Source: Dehalobacterium sp.
GTDB lineage: Bacteria > Bacillota > Dehalobacteriia > Dehalobacteriales > Dehalobacteriaceae
Direction of reading: 5' to 3'
Assembly (NCBI GenBank): GCA_040766325.1
Contig: JAXGQR010000009.1
Location: 65,495-129,494, forward strand
Length of the DNA: 64,000 nucleotides
Shown here: in pieces, positions 56,394 through 64,000 of the stretch
Layout: every line of letters starts with the position of its first letter
Numbering within the stretch: position 1 is the stretch's first letter
Made by a program: the position numbers and the translations under genes
Notes under the pieces: generated by a model
The model's database searches: none
Told to the model about the DNA's origin: nothing
The model's input: only the letters and a program-made list of their open reading frames with translations

Positions 56394-57365
56394 CTATTTT
56401 AAGGCAAAGGACCGGGACAAAACATCCGTTCTTACCTCTCCCGAATGGAAGGAATTCCCGCTGTTTAAGTTACATAACCACACCTCAGCGGGATTAAACT
56501 GTTCCGGACTTAAATTAAAGAAATTATTATGGCTTTTTTTAATTTCCTCATAGGTGCGTCCATATTCGGGAGCGACACAGGAGGGAACTTGTTTTACCAC
56601 TTGAGCCAAGGTTTCATCCTCATCATACACATGATAAAGAACCGTTGAACCATAGGAAATGGCGTCATTGGTACGACCCAACCCGCTCAGGGTATTGGAG
56701 GCAACAGGTGAAACGGGACAAGTAGCACCCCCGGATATAACTTTTCCTAGATCATAACCTATTCTGCGCAGTTTAAATAATCCCGTCTCCAAGGCGCGGG
56801 CAGCCACCTGCACCGTACCTACAAGAGAGGTCGTGGGCGCGACCAAAACATAAAGATTCTTCATTTCACAGCGGCAAGCTTCCGCAATCTCTAGGAGGAC
56901 ATCCACCTGAGGAAGCCGATTGCTCTCCAGACATAGGATCGCAATCTCCGAATGATCCCGGTAACCCAGCATTTTAAAAAGACTGCCCCGATGAACGATA
57001 GCACAAGCCGGTCCGGAACCCATGAATAAATATTTGCCACTTTTAATGGGCCACCCGGCATACTGTGAAGCCATACAGGCGCGAACGGGATGATCTGTAA
57101 AAACCTCCACCTGGGGGAATTTTAACCCCCCAAAATCTCCCCAACTCAATTGGACCTGAGCCAGCCCGCCTAAGCAGACTTTAGAAAATATTATTCCTGC
57201 CTCCATACCTCCCGGAACATGAACACCGCAATCGATCACCGTGGCCTCGTTAAGACGATCCACTTTAACATTTAATTGTTCGCTGCGCGCCAAAAATTCC
57301 TGAATCAAGGAGAAAGCTTGGCGATTGGGACTTAGCTCAGGTATCTGGCTTAAGGGTAAAATCAT
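56394..57365 (-). CDS. mch: methenyltetrahydromethanopterin cyclohydrolase (Mch) homologue
   Basis: 323 aa, appears collinear with archaeal/methylotroph Mch as recalled. Blocks: ATVIDCGV..GG.EAG, FTDHP, SQYAGW, GSGPA, LYVLVAPTTSLVGTVQVAAR, GRTNDAISYG, FNPAEV. Confidence 0.75.
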   Translation of the reverse strand: MILPLSQIPELSPNRQAFSLIQEFLARSEQLNVKVDRLNEATVIDCGVHVPGGMEAGIIFSKVCLGGLAQVQLSWGDFGGLKFPQVEVFTDHPVRACMASQYAGWPIKSGKYLFMGSGPACAIVHRGSLFKMLGYRDHSEIAILCLESNRLPQVDVLLEIAEACRCEMKNLYVLVAPTTSLVGTVQVAARALETGLFKLRRIGYDLGKVISGGATCPVSPVASNTLSGLGRTNDAISYGSTVLYHVYDEDETLAQVVKQVPSCVAPEYGRTYEEIKKSHNNFFNLSPEQFNPAEVWLCNLNSGNSFHSGEVRTDVLSRSFALK

Positions 57366-57393
57366 ATTCTCCCTCTTTTCTTACCGAACTTTT

Positions 57394-59034
57394 TTATAAA
57401 CATGTTTCAATTCTTTTCCTTACTTTCTCTTCGCCCATAATCTGCTGCAGTGCCCAGATATCCGGGGAAGAGCTACGTCCGACAAGAGCGATACGAATTA
57501 CGGTACTGACATCCCCCACATGACCCTTGTACTGATCCGGGTTTTTCTTATAGTCCTTAGGTTTTGCCGCATAACCATTTTCGGTAGCAATAACTCTGAT
57601 TTTGTCAAACCATTGACTTTGATCATCACGATGATCATAAGTTGCCAAATACCCTTGTAAAATCTTTTTTACTTCCGTCTCATCGATGTTTTCGGGATAG
57701 GGATCAACAATCTGAAAATATTCATCAAAGTAGTAGCTGATAAAGTCAAATATTTGTGCGCAATAAATCAAATCCTTCCGGGGTTGTCTCGGATCATCCC
57801 GACCTACATCTAACAGTTTTTCCACCGCCGGCTGGTGCTCCAGAAGTAAATCAACAATGTGCCGGCGATAAGACTTGGCCCATTTTATTAAGAAATCAAA
57901 GATTTCCGGGGCAGGAATATTGGCCAGGGTATTTTTGCTAATATCATTCAGCTTATCTAAATCAAATAAAGCGCCGGAATTACTCATCTTCTCAAGAGTG
58001 AATTCAAACTCATCAATATTACTATCCGGGTTTGCGATTCTCCATTCTTCAAAATTAGAATTTAAAATCGTCATCAGATATTCACGCACTGCCACCGGAT
58101 GGTAACCTAATTCCATATAATACTTGCCTAATTCCGGATCTTTTTCTTTTGGACAATTTTCTTCTCGTGCCATTGTCGATTTTCATCAAATGTGCGGTAT
58201 GCGTAATATCGGCAATTCCCAATCCAAAGCCGTAAACAACTCATAATGAATGGGTAAAGTAGAAAGCCATTCTTCGCCTCTTACCACATGGGTCACACGC
58301 ATAAAGTGATCATCTACCACATGGGCGAAGTGGTAGGTGGGGATGCCATTGCCTTTTAAAATCACCACATCCTGATCATTAACCGGCATGGAAAGATATC
58401 CTCTGATACCATCAGCAATTTCAAAGGTTTGTTCCGGATTGCCCAGGGATTTTAAGCGTAAAACAAAGCGTTCCTCTTTCCCTATTCGCTCCATGATCTC
58501 GTCCAGGGATAAATTTCGGTCCCGGGCCCATTTACCATAATATCCGGTGTTAACATTTTCCGCCATCTGTTGTTTGCGAATTTCTTCTAATTCCTCTTCC
58601 GAACAAAAGCAGGGATAAGCTCTGCCTATCTCTACCAAGTATTTTGCTACCGTCTGATAAATTTCTGCTCTGTTACTTTGAAAATAAGGTCCGTAGTTTC
58701 CTTTCTCTCCATCCATCCCCGCTCCCTCATCAAACTTTAAGTCAAAGAATTCCAAAGAAGAAATGATGGTTTCTACGGCACCTTCTACCTTACGTTTTTC
58801 ATCTGTATCTTCGATGCGCAAGAAAAAGATCCCATTACTTTGGTGAGCCAAACGTTCATCAACAAACGCACCGTAAAGATTCCCCAAGTGAATAAAGCCG
58901 GTAGGGCTTGGTGCTAATCGGGTGACTTTGGCACCTACACCTAAGTCTCTCTGGGGATATACGGTTTCTTCATAATAAGCGATTGATTTTGTGATCTTGG
59001 GGAATAGCACATCAGCTAATTTTTTATTGTCCAT
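57394..59034 (-). pseudogene. gltX: glutamate--tRNA ligase (clostridial long form) interrupted by a single-base frameshift
   Basis: N-terminal ORF 58186-59034 (PSPTGFIHLGN HIGH region) ends ...DWELPILRIPHI*. In the frame 1 nt downstream the text continues ITHTAHLMKIDNGTRRKLSKRKDPELGKYYMELGY, carrying the KMSKS-type motif, and runs into ORF 57394-58173. The shift lies at about 58203-58212. Confidence 0.75.
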
Positions 59035-59361
59035 GATAAATTTTCCTCATTTACATTAAAATTATTTCTAAGCCTGGGTCAAGCCGGAAAACGAAAGACG
59101 CTTCTCTTGTCCAATTAACAAAGAACCGTCTTTAGAAGAAGCACCTTTTCCTTTGACCTTTTGGCCAAACATACCAATATAAATTATACACCAAAGCAAT
59201 TAATTTATCCACAAATTTTAAGAAACAATCAGGTTTAATGATTAACAAAACCCTCTAAATCAAGGCATGTTCTCGATTATTAATTGACTAAATATTTTAT
59301 ATCGTGTTAGAATAAATACCGTATATTCTATTACAAAATTTGCAAAATATTGGGGGCTATT

Positions 59362-60786
59362 ATGTTTACTTCCGTGAAACATGTTCAGGATTATTGCCGG
59401 GAAAACGGGATCCGAATGATTGATTTTAAAATGATTGACATTGATGGCCGCTGGCGACATATTACCATCCCTGCTGAGCGCATGAACGAAGACACTATGA
59501 AATACGGCGTTGGCTTTGATGGTTCTAATTACGGCTACACGCCTGTTGAAAAGAGCGACATGGCATTTATTCCTGATCTCTCCAGCGCTCACATCGATCC
59601 CTTTGTAAATGAACCCACCCTCTCCATGAGCGGTGATGTTTGGGTGATTGATGAAGTTGATTATAAACCATTTAACCATTATCCCTGCATGTCATGCCTT
59701 CAGGGCTGAGGAATTTATATGAAAATAATATCGCTGATGAGATGATCATCGGTCCGAATTTACTCGCCACTTTAGATCATGTAAGCTATGAATGCTTCCA
59801 ATCGTTTCCTATGATTGACACCATCCAAGCCGAGTGGAACAGTAGCGTTTAAATAATATTAAAATTTAGGTTACTATAAAGCCACAAGGGCGGTTATCAT
59901 ATTACTGCGCCTATGATATTTCCATGATCTATGTAGCAAGATGTGCCTTTCTTTGAAGATTGGGGTGTTAAGGTTAAGTATCATCATCATGAGGTAGGCG
60001 GCCCCGGTCAGCTGAGATTGAAGTTGAATTAGAACTACATCGAGATGGCCGATGCTGCTATCAAGGATCATCAAATATACGATCAAAAATGCCGCCATCA
60101 CAGCTAATAAAACGGCGTGACTTTTTTGCCGAAGCCCCATCTACGGCGAGGCAGGAACGGCATGTACGCATATGCTCCTGATGAAAGACGGAAAACCGCT
60201 ATTCTATAATGAAAAAACGGTTATTCCGGACTAAGCAGAGAAGCGCACTGGCTCTTGGGCGGCTTTTTAAAGCATGCCAAATCTCTTTGCGGTTTAACTA
60301 ATCCTTCTACTAATTCTTTTAAACGCGTCTTGTCCCTGGTTTTGAAGTACCGGTGACTATTGGTTATGGTGACTTCCAACAGAAGTGCGGTAATCCGTAT
60401 CCCGGCATATGCGAAATCACTTCCAAGTCAAAGCGCTTTGAGCTGAGAAACCCTGATGCAAATTTGCACCTTTATTACGCCTATGCCGCTATTCTGATGG
60501 CAGGGATTGACGGGATTATAACAAAATCAATCCCCAGGAAAACGGCTGGGGTCCCTACACTTTTAATCTATTTAATCTTTCCGAAGAAGAGAAAATAAGT
60601 TGATGCGCGTTCTGAACACTTGATGGTGCTCCTGAACGCATTAGAGGCAGATCAGGAATACCTTACCCGGGGAGGGGTCTTTCCAGTGGAACTTCTTGAT
60701 CGGTGGATTGCCAAACAAACGAAAAGAGGCAGATGCCATTAACAAAATTCCTCATCCGGCAGAGGTTGCCTATTATGATCTTTAAC
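59362..60786 (+). pseudogene. glnA: glutamine synthetase, heavily decayed
   Basis: The N-terminus is intact (MFTSVKHVQDYCRENGIRMIDFKMIDIDGRWRHITIP). Later GS blocks are scattered over all three frames with internal stops: KYHHHEVGGPGQ near 59966-60001, NRSAVIRIPAYA at 60378-60413, RFELRNPDAN..YYAYAAILMAGIDGI, and LLDRWIAK...INKIPHPAEV. Confidence 0.8.
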
Positions 60787-60829
60787 ATCCAAGAAGAATA
60801 ATATTTTAATAATGAAAATCAACAATAAA

Positions 60830-60875
60830 GCTCAACAACCAATACTTAGTGTTGAGTCATTATTTGTTTTATATC
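60830..60875 (+). terminator. relic terminator after glnA
   Basis: CTCAACA-N12-TGTTGAG followed by a T-rich tract. Confidence 0.4.
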
Positions 60876-60936
60876 ACTTTGTTGCACATTAACTACCCCA
60901 AAACCCCAATTTCAGTTCAGTAATTTATTTGCTGTA

Positions 60937-61677
60937 AAGCCACCATCAACGTAAAGTCGTACCAGTTACGTAAGAAGACGCATCTGAGGCCAACCATAAA
61001 ATAGCTCAGCTACTTCAATTGGCTCGGCAAACGCTTCATCATGCTGAGATGATCAGCATATTCAGGACTTTAACAAAATTAAACCTTCCATAGCTGCGCT
61101 CAATTTTTCTGAGCCGATTGCCCTCGGGCAACAGGCATTGACGCGAATGCCATGAGGAGAGTAGTCCATGGCGGTACTTTTGGTCAGACTAACAATAGCA
61201 TGCCGGCCATATGTGGGCCGGGATATTAGTCTACTTCTGAGAGACTACAGCAGAAATATTTACTATATTTCAATTTTCCTTTGAATCTTCTGCCGTAATT
61301 CATATTTAATGAAAGAATAACTCCTTTTTAAATTGATATCAATAATCTTCATCAAATTCTTCAATATCCATTTTGGCAATGGGTAGTTTATCCTTAATGC
61401 GCGCAGCACTATTTACGGCAATATCCAGACGACCAAAAGTATCCACAGCAAATTGCACCATATTTTCAAGAGATTCAGGTTTGGTAATATCCGCCTTTTT
61501 AACAAAGGCAGCAGCTCCTCCGGCTTTGGTTGATCTTTTCGCTTTCATAGCCATACCATTTCTTCATCTATATCAGCAATTATAACTTTAGCACCATTTT
61601 CCGGCAAACAATTCTGTTGCTCCAAGCCCATTGGCACTGCCGGTGATAATACTTACTTTTCCTTCCAAAACACCCAT
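60937..61677 (-). pseudogene. short-chain dehydrogenase/reductase, decayed (copy 2 of a tandem pair)
   Basis: Starts MGVLEGKVSIITGSANGLG after GAGAGGA. Later SDR blocks (RLDIAVNSA, HGIRVNA, SSYVTG..VDGGFTA) lie in different frames with stops. Confidence 0.7.
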
Positions 61678-61699
61678 GATATATCCTCTCAGATTATCG

Positions 61700-62471
61700 G
61701 TTACTATTTGTCTGTTACATTGAAGTGTAAATTCGCCTTCAACAGCCAGTACCGCACCGGTGATATAAGAGGATTCTTCCGATGCGAGCCACATGCTTGC
61801 CTCAGCAATTTTGATGCTTCAGCAAAACGGCCCAGCATACTCAATTGTTTGGCGTATGCCTCAGGGTCAAAACCAAAGTGTTCCAGAGCATCCATGGAGC
61901 ATCGGTGTTTTAACTTGCACTGCGCAACTGAATTGACACGGATCCCTTTATCAGAATAATCCATGTAGCGCTTTTTGTCAAACCGATTACACCGAATTTG
62001 CTGCAATATAAATCGGTGTTCCGGTTGAGGCTCATTCCACTAACAGAAGAAATATTAATAATTGACCCGCCGGTCCCTTGTTTCAGCATCTGCATAATCT
62101 CATATTTAAGACACAAAGCAACGCCCTTCAGATCAACGGCGAGTACTCCATCCATTACTTTCTTGCTCATTTCCGCTAAAGGCTTGTCATCCGGTGTACG
62201 GGCGGCATTGTTTGAGCAGCATCAAATCAAGTTTTCCATAATAACGGTAAACTGTACCATTCCTCTCCACAGCTGCATCGAAACACCACATTTAAAAAGA
62301 TGCCGTCCTGCCTGCTGTCATGATTTTTTCGTTTGTTTTCTTCTGCCAAGTTCCTCATTAAAATCGGCTATTACAACTTAGCACTATTTTGAGCAAATAG
62401 TTCCGCAGTCGCTGCCCCCATACCCAGCCGCACCTGTGACAATCGCAACTTTCCCATCCAACAAATTCATG
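61700..62471 (-). pseudogene. short-chain dehydrogenase/reductase, decayed (copy 1 of a tandem pair)
   Basis: Starts MNLLDGKVAIVTGA after GAGAGGTG. The frame is lost within the Gly-rich loop. Blocks GGSIINISSVSG, KGIRVNSV and ASEESSYITGAVLAVEG appear in other frames. Confidence 0.7.
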
Positions 62472-62863
62472 TGTAAGCACCTCTCTTCTTCTAAACATAA
62501 TGCTTTAAACGATATCATGAACCTCTTACTACACCTTTACTCAGCCTTCTCTTTAGTAGCCTCCTCATCATTTCCTTATAAGATATTAATGTTTTTTCTT
62601 ATCCATATTCATGCTTATTTTAACCATTAAACAATATTTTTCACTATTTTGATTATTTTAATTAACAGTAGAAAATATAAGGATATTCTAATCATAATGG
62701 CTGAATGTCCATATTAAATTTTTCTTTATCGGTTAAAAAAATCATAAACCCATCTAGATCCTAAAAGGAACAAAAACTGATCTCAGATACGTCTATAAGA
62801 TAAATAATATCCAAAATTTGCCCAAATATTTTGCTTTAAGCATTACAGGTCAACTTTTTAAGA

Positions 62864-64000
62864 ATGAAGGAGGTAATTAAGAAAATTGGTTTCCTTGTCA
62901 TCCTATTATTAGTCCTGTCTGTACATTAGGTTCTTTCACCTTGAAACTCGCAAACGGACAAGGGGAAATTGGGGTGGTTCAAGTACACAAGACCTTTAAA
63001 ATTTGATGTCCGCCAACCCCGACTGGCTGATAATCATGTCTTGTTCCTTTCCGTACTGTTTTGGTAGCTCGATGCCCAAGTCGCCTGGGATGAAAAACCG
63101 GCACGATCTGGCTGTATCCGAACAAAGTGTGTTTGGAAATTAATTTCCATGAAAATACCGCTACTATCAACGGAAATAAGGTCACCTTAGCACTGGTTCC
63201 CATCATGGAAAAGGACCAGACGCTGCTCCCTCTGAGATTTGTCAGTGAGGCCCTTTATGCCTGTGTTTCGACGGGGATACAAGAAAACCGTATATCGAAA
63301 AAATGAGCCCCGGTGGTGGGGAGCTACCAAACCTCAAAAGAATCCTGAATCAGAAATAGTAAGAAGAGAAGAATATCAAGCAGTACCATCTTTTGAAATG
63401 TCAAACGATCAACGAAGCAGCAACAGATGGCTTAACAGAGCAGAAGCACCGGCCTCAGCTGCCGGGAATATGAATGATGCCAGGAATCTGCAGACTATTC
63501 TACCACCAACATCCAGGTAGAAGGAGATGAAGGAGATCTGATCAAAACCGACGGCACCTATATCTATCAGGTCAACAACAACCGGGGTGGTAATTACCCG
63601 GCCTCTACCGGCAGAAAAATGGCAGTCACCGATATCATTAATTTTACCCCCGGAGAATTTTCTCCCCGGGAATTATATGTGGATAAAAAGCACCTGGTGG
63701 TTATCGGTTCTTCCCATGATAACCGTCCGTTGGATCAACCTTTGGTTTCCGAAGATGTTAATATCCTCCGGTGCGAAAGCCAAACTGTAAAAGCCCTTAT
63801 TTATGACATTAGCGACAAAAACAAAATCAAGGAAATAAGAGTGGCGGAACTGGAAGGTAGCTATATCTCCTCCCGCAAAGTTGGAAGTCTGATTTATTTA
63901 ACCGCCAACAAATATTTGGACTATTACCGCATCATGGAAGATGAGGGATCAGAGCCTTCCTTTTACCGTGACTCCGCGATAGAAGACACCACGAGAAATG
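62864..64000 (+). pseudogene. secreted protein with a copper-amine-oxidase-N-like stalk domain and a beta-propeller domain, decayed; runs off the window
   Basis: The signal peptide MKEVIKKIGFLVILLLVLSV hits a stop. INGNKVTLALVPIMEKDQTLLPLRFVSEAL and LIKTDGTYIYQVNNN / MAVTDIINFTPGEFSPRELYVDKKHLVVIGSS lie in different frames. Confidence 0.65.

Noticed and set aside
59035-59260. Possible T-box upstream of gltX
   Set aside because: A terminator-like hairpin is present (AGACGG...GCGUCU plus a U-rich tail). However, there is no GGUGGUACCGCG-type T-box sequence and no AGAGA/GNUGA stem I motif.
59283-59330. GlnR/TnrA box or dif-like XerCD site in the dyad TAGAATA-N9-TATTCTA before glnA
   Set aside because: Only the left half matches TGTNA-N7-TNACA (TGTTA...TACCG). 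There is no similarity to the Firmicute dif core beyond AT-richness. The sequence overlaps the -10 region and may simply be promoter sequence.
1-64000. CRISPR arrays, tRNA/rRNA genes, IS elements, integrases, prophage genes
   Set aside because: I scanned the intergenic regions and the ORF translations. There are no regularly spaced direct repeats, no cloverleaf-like or rRNA-like sequence, and no transposase, integrase or phage hallmark proteins.
57394-64000. Attributing all frameshifts to poor sequence quality
   Set aside because: This cannot be excluded without reads. However, many long ORFs in the same window are flawless, and the broken genes are contiguous. Some carry numerous indels plus in-frame stops, which fits real decay better than random error. 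The two ATPase homopolymer shifts and the single gltX shift remain the most error-suspect.

Overview
A 64-kb window from a moderately AT-rich, endospore-forming Firmicute. FapR, SpoVS, an SLH protein and the clostridial gene order support this; my guess of a Peptococcaceae/Desulfitobacteriaceae-like organism is not verifiable here. All protein calls come from reading the supplied translations and recognising motifs. No database search was run.

Layout:
- 1-4.5 kb: decayed DUF488 gene, a HerA-like ATPase broken by two homopolymer frameshifts, a barnase/barstar pair and a methyltransferase.
- 4.8-8.2 kb: c-di-AMP (ydaO-type) riboswitch followed by an Ehu-like compatible-solute ABC transporter.
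- 8.3-51.4 kb: long minus-strand core block. In order: recQ; TPP riboswitch with HAD-thiD; Mn(yybP-ykoY)-type riboswitch with a P-type ATPase; ylxM-ffh-rpsP-KH-rimM-trmD; CBS-pyrophosphatase; catalase; ftsY followed by an MTA/5'-deoxyadenosine salvage cluster; smc; NYN-LOTUS and RACo-like genes (plus strand); spoVS; rnc; the complete fapR-plsX-fabHKDG-acpP-(NPD)-fabF operon with its FapR operator; pncB; alkD-like.
- 51.4-56.2 kb: divergent pair. A Leu(CUC) T-box controls a TIM-barrel::acyl-CoA-synthetase fusion. A second c-di-AMP riboswitch controls a gene that reads as glutamate (not lysine) 2,3-aminomutase.
- 56.4-59.0 kb: an Mch (methenyl-H4MPT cyclohydrolase) homologue downstream of a frameshifted gltX.
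- 59.3-64 kb: a run of heavily decayed pseudogenes (glnA, two SDRs, a secreted beta-propeller protein).

No CRISPR array, tRNA/rRNA gene, transposase or integrase was seen.

Best candidates for something new:
1. The c-di-AMP riboswitch / glutamate 2,3-aminomutase link, a possible beta-glutamate osmolyte module.
2. The Leu T-box on an adenylating fusion enzyme.
3. The orphan Mch homologue.
4. The sharply localised gene decay.
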